Positions 26,556 to 39,439 of a stretch of DNA of 64,000 nt are shown here, piece after piece. The stretch spans positions 682,001 to 746,000 of the forward strand of contig NOWV01000016.1 of the NCBI GenBank assembly GCA_003344405.1, in the 5' to 3' direction. The DNA is from Trichoplax sp. H2. Taxonomy: Eukaryota. The translations under genes were made by a program, and so were the position numbers. Position 1 is the first letter of the stretch. Each line of letters starts with the position of its first letter. The notes under the pieces were generated by a model, which was not told where the DNA came from, did not search any database, and saw only the letters and a list, made by a program, of their open reading frames with translations.

Positions 26556-29500
26556 TTAACTTTTAAGAGGTGATTGTATTGGGGATAGAGTAGAATTGAG
26601 TGTATCACTGTTACCAAAAACGCTGGAGTATGTTGATTTTAAGAAGGAGACATAATTTTGCATAGTGCGTGTAGTGTTGTTCGCTTGTTCAAGGCGATCC
26701 TTCATATCATTGAGTCTAGAGTTGCACTTTCTTTCCGCCTATATATCAGTTAAAATTATCATGGATTTCATAAATGAACTTGTTTCTATAAATAACTATA
26801 AACACGATAACTAGCTAAAAATAATAGTTTGCGCAAAAATATTTCAGCAAAATGTCATCACAGCAATATCAATTACATTACTATAAATTATAAATAGTCG
26901 AATACAGTGAATGCAAGATCAATAAATCTAACCTCTTCTTTTAATCGTTTGTATTGGACATTGGTATTGTTAAGCTTATTAATTTCTCCTTCTAATTCAA
27001 TTATTCGCTTTTGTGCTTCACGATCCTGTTAACCATGGACATCAATATTTTCAAAAACATTAGCATAAAGGTTTGATATACGCCACATGATAATTATAAC
27101 TGTATTATGCATGAAAAATTAGCGTTTCGCATAACTTTTGGCATACTTTAGCAGTAAGACGTTCCCGTTGCATCTCCGATTGTCTCCTTGCATCGGCCAA
27201 TGCAGTTTCATATTGTCGAATATTGGTTGTATGTTCCCTGGTTTTCTCATCTAACCGATCCTAATATAAATTACACCGAATAAAAGTGATATAAAAATAG
27301 ATCTTTGGACAATTTCAAAGTTATAGTATTTTAATGCATAAATAACGTTCTCATCGTGAATAGATATACATACAATATTGTTATCAACTCAAATTTAGTT
27401 TATCTAGAAAATGATAAGCATGGACAATATGAAGGCCTTGATATCTAGTCATTCTATCATATCCCAATATCCAGATATTTGATTGAAAAATACTCATACA
27501 GACATTCAGATATGAAGTGATGACCTATGCCGTAACTATCTACCTCCATTTGTTGAATAGTATCTTCCCGCTTGTTAACCAAATTAGCGTAATCACGATT
27601 CTGTTGTTCCAAGTCTTTAACTTTCCTAAATTACACAAATATTTACATCAACTGTGGTGCAGTGTACGTACTAGTTCATAAAATTTTGCACGATACATGA
27701 TAAGTTGAAGCGCTGGGTTAGCTCAAGGATTGGAATCGACCGATTTAAAATATGAATTACCTATTCAAATTTTCTATTTTCTCCTGATGACCTTTACTCT
27801 CTTCGGTTAATGTATACGATTTTAGCTTAAGCTCACTGGCTTGCGCCATTTGAGTGTCATATTTATTTGTTAATTCTGCATTTAATTTCATTTGATCCGT
27901 TAGACGTTTTTCGTAACCGACAATTCTTTCTTGTGCTTCCTGAAATCGAATCTCTGTTGTCTATATCAATATATATAATTTACATAATAATTATAATCAA
28001 AGAGTGATTTATTGACCCTAATCGCTATTAATGGAAACTAATATTCCTTCATACTTTGAGCAGATCTGGTAAAGGTTCCAGTTCTGATAAGCGCTGCTGC
28101 AATTTCATTCTCATCTGCAATTATAATAATATAATACCCATATGAATTAAGTGAGGTAATAGTCTTTATTACATGTTCTCATGAAAGGCTAAGAATGGAT
28201 TCTTATAGGGCGCTTTGGCCGCAAAGACAAGCGATTATTTATTTATTTGACTATATAGCAGAAAGGCTACAATGTCCTATAGATAATACTATACCTTTTC
28301 CATTTCAAAGACACCTTCTTGCTGCATCTTGGAACTCTCCTGCTCCTGTTTATGTAATCGGATAGAATGCTCATCGACATCTTGACGATATTTTTCAATC
28401 TAGATAAACATAGTCAATAACATCGTTATCAATATAAGGAAATCTATTTCTCAAACCAACACGTACGAGCAAGTGGAAAATATTTGTATATTTAAATTGG
28501 GAGAATGTTAGAAGGAAGCCCTTACAAAATATTCTCTTGTCGTTAAAGTTACCTGAGATTTATAGTCTGCTAACAATTTTTCATATTGCTGGATGCTACC
28601 TTGCAGTTGGCTTATTTCCTGCTGATTTTTAGATATCTAACCCGAAGAAATTCGTCAAATGTTTGGATCATCCGTTGCCATCAAATATGCCCGGAAATAA
28701 GTTAATTTTACATTAGGAGACAATGAAAACATGTCACATTTACTAACATGCTGATAGTCTTTAAGAAATTCTCTCACCTGCTGCATAGAAGCTTGTTCGG
28801 TCTCCTTCAGTTTATTTTCTAATTCAACGATGATGCGCTATCATATAGAATGGATGATTTGAAATTTAGAGTTAATAATGGGTGATAAAAAAAGGCTAAG
28901 AAATAATTACCATGTTTATATTCATCTTAATTAATTTAAAGCTTATACAAGAAAAACGTATAATATTAATATACTGTATAGCTGTTTTAGCTTTACCTTA
29001 AGTCTCTCAATTTCCGCTTTGAGTGATTGAATTTCAGTAATTTTATTTTCCAATTGCTGATTAATATTATTGATCGTAAGCTATAAGGAAGAAGGAAATG
29101 CTTTTATTATAATTTTATTATTAATAATTATCCTTTATGCAGACAGTTACTTGTAATGAAGATATAATAATATAGTATGCAGATGTTGTGCATTAAAGAA
29201 GTCAAAATCAGCCATTTCGCTAACTCTAGTTATTATAATAATAACTCGACTGCACGCATACGCTATGAATTAGAGCTGAGGAGATGAGAATTTAACAAAC
29301 TATATAGTTGTATATACCTTGGATGCTTCTTGACTATTTTCCCACTTTAACTTGATTTCTTCCTTTTGGCTATATGCAATCAAGGGAGAATTAGCTAATT
29401 TAAATATCAGGCTTGTGACATAAACAGCAAAGAACAATATTTAGTAAGTAAGTGATATATTAATGACCTAGTAGCTGTAATCATTTCCTTTTCTAATCGG

Positions 29501-32500
29501 GAGATTTCTTTCACTAATTTAGTCTGCTTAGTTCGTGACTGCTCTAAATTAGCAAGAGCTTCGGCCAATTGAGTCTCTTTTTCCCGATATTGGTTGTGAT
29601 AAGTTTCTGCAGTATCCTGACTACGATGTGCTCTTTCCATATAGACTCTATCAAATCAAAAACAATCGAAAAATTATACTGAATACCTATAACTACTTTT
29701 CGTGAATTAGTCGGGTATAGTTATCTAAAAACATTGATGACGATTATTGATAACCTAACTCTCCATTTATAACTTAGAATCTTGGAATTTATTGATAATC
29801 GAACTTACTTTGCAGCTTTCTTTAATGCACCTTTTTCCTTGCTTGTTTTATCCTGTAATAACAAATGTAAATCAATCTATAAAAATATATAAAATCTATC
29901 GTATCTATGATTGATAAAGTATTTATAGTGCAGTGTTACAGTCTGGATAATAGTTGTATGAAATTTTTCAATAAATATACTGGCTAATCTCAAATATAAA
30001 TTTTTTATATTACTTGTAAGGTAAGTTGGGTATTGTTGACATAAATATTTATTTTAAGACCGGAAATTTTAAAAGTTTATAGTAAAATTATGCCGTAAAG
30101 TTTTTATTAGAAGTTTATGATTACCAACATCAATAAAAACAAACTATCAAAATATAAAGATAAACTATGATTATGAATCATATAGATATGAATATATTAC
30201 ATATCTGGTATCTTTAATGCACGTATAAAAATTTAAGATCTATTCACAGGAAGAAAATGGTGAACTAGTACACTGAATAGTTCACGTATTAGTTTTCTTG
30301 GTGGTATTGAGCTCTATCTTACCTTAGCAGCTTTCAGTAATCTTCTCAGCTGATCAGTTTCGTATTTTTCTTGTTCTAAATGTCTTTCTAAATTCTAATA
30401 TAAAGATAGGTGTCGTTTAAAGGTGAAGATTGGTAATGATTAAGAAGTCTTATTAAAGAACATCTACCTGGATTTTGATATGCTGCATCTGCATTTCTTC
30501 TTTTCTGGAATTTAAATCCACTTCTAATTGCGCCTTTGATTTTTCGGCTGATATCTGTAACTGCTGAAAAGTCTGCGCATGGTCCTATCGAAATTTAGTA
30601 GAAGAGATTAACCTTCAGAATTTATAGTATACTAAAAATATAAATGAGGCCTGCCTTCTCTTGGGTCATTCGTAACTTGAGCCGATCAACGTCTTTTTCA
30701 CGTTCACACAGTTCTGTATCTAATGTCTGTCAAAGAATATCAGAATTGTCAGATCTATGCAGATCTTGCGTTTTAGTATAATAATTAAGCAATTTGTAAC
30801 TGTAAGTTAGTTATAATTTCATTATAGTATAACGAACAGAGAAAATTGTATGTCTTTTGCTAGAGAAATTAAAATATAAAAGCTACATACTGTATTAATA
30901 TAGTAACATCGAAAAGTTGCCATATACGAGTATACGTCGTTCAGTTTCTACCTTTTTTACTTAACAATAGCAACCATATATACTATTATAGTCAGTTGCA
31001 GTTTTACAGTGATAAATGAAATACTAGAAAATATGTTTATCAAGGAATAGAAATAAAAGAGGTCAATTATGGAATAATATAGTAGCATCGAAGCTAGACT
31101 TATGGTATGCATATTGCTTCTCTACATATTTGTTGCAATTTAGCTAGATTAGGAAGAATAAATATCTATGCACATATTTATTTGTTCGACATAAGCTCAA
31201 CTCTGTTGACGATTCTATATTTTAAAAGTCCAAGAAATTATTATAAAATCGGTAGCAAGTTAAATATGATATATAGTATGGTAAGAAATAAGAATTAGAT
31301 AGTATTTACGCTATCAAGACAACTTTATATAAATAAACTTGAGTTTAGATTGAGTATTAATGCTAGAATGTTTGTAAATTACTTCATCATTAAAGAAGAC
31401 AGTAACTCTAATTTGTCAATTCTAACTAGTCGGTACGAAATTCTATTAAACGCGCAAATAGATATTCAGGATTAAATTGCGCTAATAAATTCGCTTTCTT
31501 ATTTGCACTGTGGCTTATTTGGTAGTTTTGAGCCCTAAAATTGAAGATCACGTCACGATATCTGCATTGTACTAACTCGTAGTTTCCCTTCATATTCATC
31601 AATTTTCTCCAGTAATATTCCTTTCTCTTGTTTCCATTCTTGAAAACTTCTCTGTTAAGTAATAATACCTCTATTATTAAATACTGTCACCAAGTAATAT
31701 CGATGAGGTGAACATACATGAGCTCTGCCTTCTCTTTTTTCTTTATCCCTTAAAAGGCTACGGAGTCTCTGGTTGATTCTTTCAAATTCTGATAGCTTAT
31801 CCAAGAGTAATTCTCGCTGATTAGCTAAAACTTCAATGTCTGCTTTGGACGAATACTTATTCTACATGTTAATGAATATAAAATCTGTATTAGCCTCATA
31901 TATTTTACATCGGTCGTTGGATTACATATTGCATTACTTCTAATTTCAATTTATGCATCTGATTTTTTAATTTATGAACTTCTTTTGTTGTTTGCTGTTC
32001 CTCAATTTCAGCTTCGGCCAGTTTCGATAGTAAATGATCGCGTTCATTCGCCAAATATAAATTTTCAGTTCTAAATGCAGCAATTAAGGAAATTTTAGGG
32101 TTAATGAAAATTGCCATGCTTGTATTTTGTTATTTAGGCCTTAAATTGTCATCTTACCTGGATAGATTAGCATCATTTTTAACCAAATCTAACGACTTTC
32201 GTAATTCATTCTTTTCTTCTTCAGCTCTGTCCAATTCTGTCTTGTAATCCTGCAACAAAATCAACTTAATAAACTTTCGGCTATGCATCCAATGTATCTT
32301 TAAAGATTAATGATGAGGTAATAACTGTCTTCAGCTTTTAAATATATTATTTCAAAAATTTACCTCTAATTCATTAGCAGCTTGTCTTAAAGCTAGCGTA
32401 GATTCGTACAGATGATCATCTTTTTTATCTATCTTTCTCAAAGTACGCTGTAAATTAACCTAGAAATGATCAACCAATTTATTTATAAGCATTCCATATA

Positions 32501-33962
32501 TTTTGCATTATCATCAGGTAAATTGTAGATTCATATAATATCAATAAGTACTATATAGCTAAGCAATAATGAATATTTTTACCTCGCTTCTTAAGCTATT
32601 AATAGTGTTATTTAACTTGTTGATTTTAGTGTTGTATTCGTTGATAATACGCGAGTTATCTTCTTCATCCGAAATAGAGTAATCGCTGATTCTTAGTTCC
32701 TGATCTTGGTATTGTTTTTTAGGCGATACTTGAAGGGAGTGTGAAGGGCTCTAATAAAATAAAAGGGACGTAAAGAGAAGTTAAAATAGCTCGTCAATTT
32801 TTTCCATTAATTTATTTAGAGTAGACAAATGAAATGGACAACACAGCTACAAATATAATAAATCTTTCTACTTTCCCTAATTTTAAGTTAACTTTATGTG
32901 CTAAATAGATAATATTATTATACGTAATTTGAATATTTCCCTTAATTATGCGATAGTATATGTGATATGGACGATATCTGCTACGGAAGATGCTTGCTAT
33001 AATTCATATACCAAAGTACTGTTCTCAAGATTCATCATAGCCACTCTTTGTAAGACTATCATAACTTGTCAGAAGTACGGTAATTCATCATGCTATGAAA
33101 GTGTTAAATTAATGTATATGAATAGAAGCTGTGTTTATCATTTACAGTAGATGAATCCGCAGCCTATTTTTTGACATAGCAATGATCATAGTTTAGCCTT
33201 ACCTCTACGACAATGTGCGATTACAAAAATATACAGTACTACTTTTCAAGAAATACTATTATCGTTAATATTTTTAAGCCAAAGAATGTGTTTAGTTGGA
33301 TAAAGTAAATTAGTATGCTATTGTCCACATAATAAGAAATAAGATCTAATCAGAGAAAGTGCCAAATCTTAACAGCTGTGAAAGCAAATGGGGTCTTCAA
33401 TGCAGAGGAAATAGCGAAATGTTATCGAATAAAGATTTTAAAAATAAAGGACCAACTATTGATAATATCTGCATGGACGCAAAAGCTTTATTAAACTTTA
33501 ATCGATTATAAAATAGCGATTAAAACGAGAGCTAAATGTATTTATAACGAGTACCTGGAATGTTAGTTTGCTAGACGATGCTTTTGCTGGTGGAGGAATC
33601 CATGTAGGAGCAGCTGGTTTTATATTTCTTTTCGTTTCTTTCCTTAATACCTACAAGTTTAAATTGTAATAACGTCTTATTAGCAATATTTTGCATGTGA
33701 TATAGTACTATTTATTTATAGCTTGTTGAGCAATTTAATTTTAATGTATGTCATTTTTGTACTATTTCATGATGATATAAAATTTCAAATAAGTTATGGA
33801 TACAGTTACTTCGATATGATGAGAAGTAGTAGTTACTGAAATCATACATAATTAATCTACCTGCTGGCGTTTTTTGCCTTTGTTAACATGAACATGAACT
33901 GGAGTATCTTTTTCAACATGAACATGCAGTGGAGATTTCGATCGACCGTTATCGATGGCCAT
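26556..33962 (-). CDS. ODF2: Outer dense fiber protein 2/cenexin (coiled-coil basal body/centriole appendage protein); ~24 exons, first coding exon 33962-33861, last 26738-26556
   Basis: The N-terminus has RSKSPLHVHVEKDTPVHVHV and PTWIPPP. The C-terminus reads SRLNDMKDRLEQANNTTRTMQNYVSFLKSTYSSVFG. Both match recalled ODF2 signatures, and the exons between are short coiled-coil segments. One intron (30585-30654) is GC-AG. Confidence 0.92.
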
Positions 33963-35031
33963 TTTGTCCTAAATTTCAATGTAATTCATAATAATTATTT
34001 CCCAATAAAGATTCTAATAAATTAAGTTTGTTGTACGATCTCAATAAAAGTCTAAACGATGCATTAAAATGAAAGCTCTATATTTAAAATATTAATATCG
34101 AAAGGTGAGAAGAGGCTTTAAATAAGAGACATCCAATATAAATGTCAGCGAAATTTTCCAATATAATACAAATTGAACATCATTTACTATAATTAAACTT
34201 GCTCTTACTAGGGATAAGAAATAAATATCATTTTATTGAAGTATCTTGTATGCTGTAAATTCTACTCTTGTTTAACTTTACTTGCTAATATTTTAGTATT
34301 TTGTGAGTAGGCATTGGAAGAAACTGCAAATAAAACTTCTATACGATACTGTACACGATCATGGAATTGCAATACTTTTATTTCAACCATTTTGCAGCTA
34401 TTACAAAGTTCTAGATCGATATATTATGTCAAAAATATGGTTAGGACTCTCGTAGATTTAGATTATTTATACAGTATATGTGAAATAATATAATCAATTT
34501 GTATAAGTTCATAACTATACGATAAATTTGGCTTGATGTCAATTATTATAACTGGAAATCATATTCGTATATTGTCTACTCGTTCCAATCATGGTTGCTC
34601 AAGCATTACAACAGTCTATTGTTGACAATATTAACCCTCTTTGTTCCTTATTGATTTCTTAGTTATTTACCTGACTTAGTTACTACTCTTAAAAAATTAT
34701 AATAATTTGACGATATATTTTTTTGCATGTTAATATTCCTAGTGGCAATATTTAGCTTACTTTCAATTTGAGTTTGGCTGTCCAATGATAATATTAATCG
34801 GTTGTTAGCAGACGTCGATTACTTCTCCAATGTCAATTTCTTTTAATGTTACTGACAGTAATAAAAGTAATACCCTCTCGTCTTGATAATACTATTTTTC
34901 TTGATTTAGAACTCAAGCTAAATAAGTGACAGAATACAAGGCAAAATCACTACATGAATAATTCTATTAATCGATTAGTATGGAATAATCTTGGCTAGCG
35001 ATGATTGCTATCTGGGCATTATCTTGTCTCC

Positions 35032-35045
35032 GTTACCTAAGTAAC
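35032..35045. promoter_or_regulatory. Candidate RFX X-box GTTACCTAAGTAAC upstream of ODF2
   Basis: It matches GTNRCC-N(0-3)-RGYAAC. It lies ~1.07 kb 5' of the ODF2 ATG, which follows a splice acceptor, so an upstream non-coding exon is likely. Confidence 0.55.
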
Positions 35046-35324
35046 TGACGCATATCTCTGCTATTTGATTGGATAGGTTGGCGTTGGAAGGACAGCAAGT
35101 CCAATCCTGGCAGCAATAGTTTTCTCCACTTTCTGCTCATGCGTAGCAATGGCCATCTTCAGTAGAATAAATAATAATAATCCGTTATTGACATTGATAT
35201 TCTGATCAAGGCTGAAAAGCTACTGATTGTATTTGGTTTTAAACTACTCCTAAATAATATTAACAGAAACTACTGGTATTCTACCGTAGCTACGGTAGTT
35301 ATAGCAAGTATATGTCGAGCATCG

Positions 35325-36050
35325 TACCTATAGATAGGCTCGAATTTTCTGGATATCTCATTTAATATATAAACGAATATTTCTCGTTGTGATGTATACT
35401 GATCACGAAATTCCAAATTTTAGAAAAATAAGGGCTTTATACTAAGTTACATTACACTCGTATGTCTCGAATTTGTAAATAAGGGTATACGTTGTATGAC
35501 GTACTGTATAAACGGGTATAGATACAAGAACGCTTTATATTTATATTCTTAGATAGCTTTCAAGTTAACCCTTAGGCGTTACAATATTACAATAAATTAC
35601 ACTAAAGTACAAGTGGACATATATCAATTCTATAATTATATTTGCATAACTTATAACTAACGATACGCATGTTGTATAGGCGGTAGAACCTATAGATATA
35701 CTCAGATTTTCCAGGTGTCTCATTAATTATAATCATATGTCTCTAATTTGTAAATAAAGTAATATAAAATATATATGCGCACAGATACAATAGTGTCTTG
35801 CACAGTATTTATATTCTTAGGTAGCTTTCAAGTTAACTCTTTGCCATTAAAATATTACAATAAATTACACTAAAGTACGAGTATAGGTATATTAATTTAT
35901 TAATAATTATAAATTAATGTAATTACTGCATACTAGTAATCTATAACGAATGATATCTTAAATAGATAATGGCATCTCGTATTTATTCTCTGCAGTAGAT
36001 GTCAAGCAACCCTCTAACATTTAAACATTATAATAAATTGTATAGGGTAC
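35325..36050. repeat. Degenerate tandem duplication (two ~220-320-bp copies plus a partial third) between ODF2 and DCLRE1B
   Basis: Shared blocks are ACCTATAGATA, TATGTCTC.AATTTGTAAATAA and TATTTATATTCTTAG.TAGCTTTCAAGTTAAC...AATATTACAATAAATTACACTAAAGTAC (at ~35538 and ~35806; weaker at ~35980). Confidence 0.75.
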
Positions 36051-37267
36051 TGTGCTAATCTTTACCTGTTTAATAATAATTATTGTATAACATAGAACTC
36101 GATATTCCATTCATTTGGGCTGAGTAAATAGTTAATTACGGCACAGGTCTATGATATTGTACTCGTAACTGCAAGCTTTCCAATTGAATCAACATATATT
36201 TATATGTATTACAAGTTTTGGTTTAGCACTGCAGATGTAGATACAGTATGGAATTTTGTGAAGTACAATTTAGTAAGAATTTGTTACTATAATACTGAAA
36301 AATCGGAGGATTATTTTGAATGCTATTTGCAAGTGCAAATGTGAAATGTCAATGTTGGCAATGTATCATTATTTATGGGTCTATAGCTCTAATTAACTAT
36401 TTAAAAATTCGCAAAGTCAAACTGGTATCATGAGCTAATCTGCTACTCATGCTTTGTAGAAGCTAGTAAGAATAATTCGAATATCGAATGACTAAAAATT
36501 GGCGATGGAATTTGCTCGAAATAACATTATTCATAACAATATCAGTTAGTTCCTGAATCCGGCTGCACGTCTTTATTTGGTGAAACTTTATTAATTTAAA
36601 GTTAAAGAGATTGTGATTCGATGTGCATCATTACATTTTCGCAACCAAATCATAAAACCAACTATGGATTCTATCTTATTATACGTGTAACATAACCAAA
36701 TTTAATTTGGGAACACACATTCATTGATTAAATGTGTTAATATACACTAATATGACAACATGTGATTTATAAATAAATTTTGAACGCTCAAATTTAGTTA
36801 GATGTAGCCTCACTGCAATGGGGAGATTGTGATAGAAATTATGCGAATTTTATTACGCCAATCTTGTAATTCTTTCATATTAATAGTGTAAAAATTAAAT
36901 ACAAGTATCTGGAACTTAATAATTTGAAGAAGATTAAGATCATCAACGCCTGAGTTTCGCAATAACTTAAATTGGGAAGATCGAAGTAGGAACGGATTAT
37001 AAAATCGACAAGCTAAATACTAGATAGAATTTACGCATACTTTATGAGTCATCGTACTAGCCGATAGCGATTCATATTCAACTGGTAGAGTTGCTGCTTT
37101 GATACAAATCACGATACAACATAATTGATTAACTATGGTATAGCCTCGAATTAAAATTGCATCATTACGTTATTTACGTCAGTAGATCAGAACTCTGGGA
37201 TTTCATGGTTAATGAGGAAATAGTTAGCGCCAACTATGGTGATACCTTTAATAATTAGGAATAATCT

Positions 37268-39439
37268 TTATTTAACATGTTGATACCAAGAGCTAATGTC
37301 GTTCGCCAGAGCCTTTTTTTTTTGAAAAACGTCTTGAAGAAATTGCGACCATTCATATTTTGTTAATGGCTTAAAAAATGGATCTTCCGCTTGATTGACA
37401 GTATCTGGTAACTTTCTCTCTTCATCTATGGACTGTATATTGGTTGTATTGTTACCTGAATCAGTGCCACTGCCTTGACTAGTAGGAGGAGTATGATATT
37501 CATATTTATCTCGATCTGTCTCAAAGGAATTCATTATTTCATCGTCACTTTTATTATCCTTATTTTTATTTTTCTGCGGTGGCTTGTTGACACCCTCAGC
37601 AACAGTTAATTCGTCAATATGTACGGGTGCAATTCCATCACTAGCCCCGCCATTAGAGATTACGCTATCGTCGAATTCTTGACACGTCGATTTCTGCGAT
37701 GGTGATTGAGATATCGGATCGACACGATGGCTCTCTTTCTTCGGCATTAATCCTTCCGAAGTATCATTATTTGAAGAAGTCTTGCTACTATCCAGTAGTA
37801 TAAGTGTTCGCCCTATTCCACTAACGTTTTCATCGCCATCATAATTATCGATATGATCTATATTACTACAATGACTCTTTTGCGATGATTGAGTAGTATT
37901 TACATCTGTTTTATCGTCACCTTGAGGTGCATCGTCGATATTTACATCTGTTTCCGTGTCAGTAAATAATACTGTTGTTACATTATGAGAGCAAGGAACA
38001 GAAGCTAATTCGATACTTTCTTGACTATTTATAATGCTAGGTTTAGATTGATCGGTAATATTATTAACATTTCTATCCGGTGTGACTGCAGCTGAGCTTT
38101 TCGTCTTAACAGAAGCTTCATCTAGCAGTGCATAGTTGAGGAGGATATCATCTTCGTTCTTCGTTTTTGTAGTCTCGTCTATTTGTTTGTCTACCTCAGT
38201 CTTTTGACCATTTGTTTCATCTGTTGATGATGTAACATTGCCACTACAACCATCATCTTGTGTCTCTTGTTGATACTCAATCCTGCCATGTTTGGCTCTT
38301 TTTTTAATATTGCTTTTGCTATATTTCCTTTTCAATGTGTTACGATTGTCGTTGGAATTTCTTAAATCTTGCACGAGTTGGCCGGCTTGATTATAGCCAT
38401 ACATAAATTGTGCAACACTAACAGGTACAGTAAAAGCTCGAGGCTGAGCTTGATCACAAAATTCCTTGAAACATGTCATATCATTCCAACTTTCACCTAG
38501 TGCAGTATCAGCAATATGATGAATAATGGGTGTAATACGACATGGCTTTACAACACTAACAAATTGTCTTAATTCATTATAGTTGGAATGATCTGAATAA
38601 TGGACGACATAGATGCGTTTATCAAGAATAGGAGGTCGATCTTGATAAATATATAATGCTGTTGGTATAATCGCTATAGTTGGACCAGATTGTTGATTCC
38701 ATCTTTCAATAGTAGAATCAGTAATTTCATTTTTATACTTGACTATAATTCTGCCCATATCCATTTGATCGGTGAAAACGTTTAAACAGCCTAATAAATT
38801 TAACCGTTGCATTCGTTTAGAATCAACAACAATCATGGTTTGCAATTTCACAGCTAATTGCTCTAATAATTTTTCTTTACCAAGATGTGTGAGACCGATA
38901 ATAATGTTCGAAGTAGGATTTTGTTGGATAATATTCAAGATGATTTGAAAAGCATCATGACGTGTAGGAAATTGTGCTTTAGGATTGCAATAAGTATTAT
39001 CTAAGAATAATTGATCGACCTGTTTAGATTGCGGAAAGCCAGGTTGTAAATGTAATTGGTCATCATAGCGAAAATCACCAGTATACAAGATACAGCCAAA
39101 ATAGCCTTCAAAGAGAAACATGACTGCACCCGGGCAATGATTTGCATCTAAAAGAGTAACCGACATGGTTTCACAACCCATCTCATCGACAGGTATAACA
39201 TGAGGTTGGCCAATTTGTAGTGATACGACTAGGTCAGATCGGATTGACATTTCATGAATTAATAATGAAGCAGTGATTTCAGAGCAATAGATTTTCAACG
39301 ACCATGATGAATTAAGCCCTTCCATATGATCTGCATGATAATGTGAGAGGAAAAAGAGCTTGCTTTGGTTGCATTGGCGTTCCCGCCAATAATCAATGGC
39401 GATAGGAGTGTCTGGGATTAGGACGCCGTTTCCAATCAT
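37268..39439 (-). CDS. DCLRE1B: 5' exonuclease Apollo/SNM1B (metallo-beta-lactamase/beta-CASP), 723 aa, single coding exon
   Basis: The N-terminus is NGVLIPDTPIAIDYW. Motifs are FFLSHYHADH, DANHCPGAVMFLFEGYFG.ILYTGDFRY, LFLDNTYC and VHYSDHSNYNEL. A long, low-complexity acidic C-tail follows. Confidence 0.95.
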   Translation of the reverse strand: MIGNGVLIPDTPIAIDYWRERQCNQSKLFFLSHYHADHMEGLNSSWSLKIYCSEITASLLIHEMSIRSDLVVSLQIGQPHVIPVDEMGCETMSVTLLDANHCPGAVMFLFEGYFGCILYTGDFRYDDQLHLQPGFPQSKQVDQLFLDNTYCNPKAQFPTRHDAFQIILNIIQQNPTSNIIIGLTHLGKEKLLEQLAVKLQTMIVVDSKRMQRLNLLGCLNVFTDQMDMGRIIVKYKNEITDSTIERWNQQSGPTIAIIPTALYIYQDRPPILDKRIYVVHYSDHSNYNELRQFVSVVKPCRITPIIHHIADTALGESWNDMTCFKEFCDQAQPRAFTVPVSVAQFMYGYNQAGQLVQDLRNSNDNRNTLKRKYSKSNIKKRAKHGRIEYQQETQDDGCSGNVTSSTDETNGQKTEVDKQIDETTKTKNEDDILLNYALLDEASVKTKSSAAVTPDRNVNNITDQSKPSIINSQESIELASVPCSHNVTTVLFTDTETDVNIDDAPQGDDKTDVNTTQSSQKSHCSNIDHIDNYDGDENVSGIGRTLILLDSSKTSSNNDTSEGLMPKKESHRVDPISQSPSQKSTCQEFDDSVISNGGASDGIAPVHIDELTVAEGVNKPPQKNKNKDNKSDDEIMNSFETDRDKYEYHTPPTSQGSGTDSGNNTTNIQSIDEERKLPDTVNQAEDPFFKPLTKYEWSQFLQDVFQKKKALANDISSWYQHVK

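Noticed and set aside
35037-35156. Possible upstream coding exon of ODF2
   Set aside because: The ATG at 35156 meets an in-frame stop. The alternative ATG ends in a phase incompatible with the acceptor preceding 33962.
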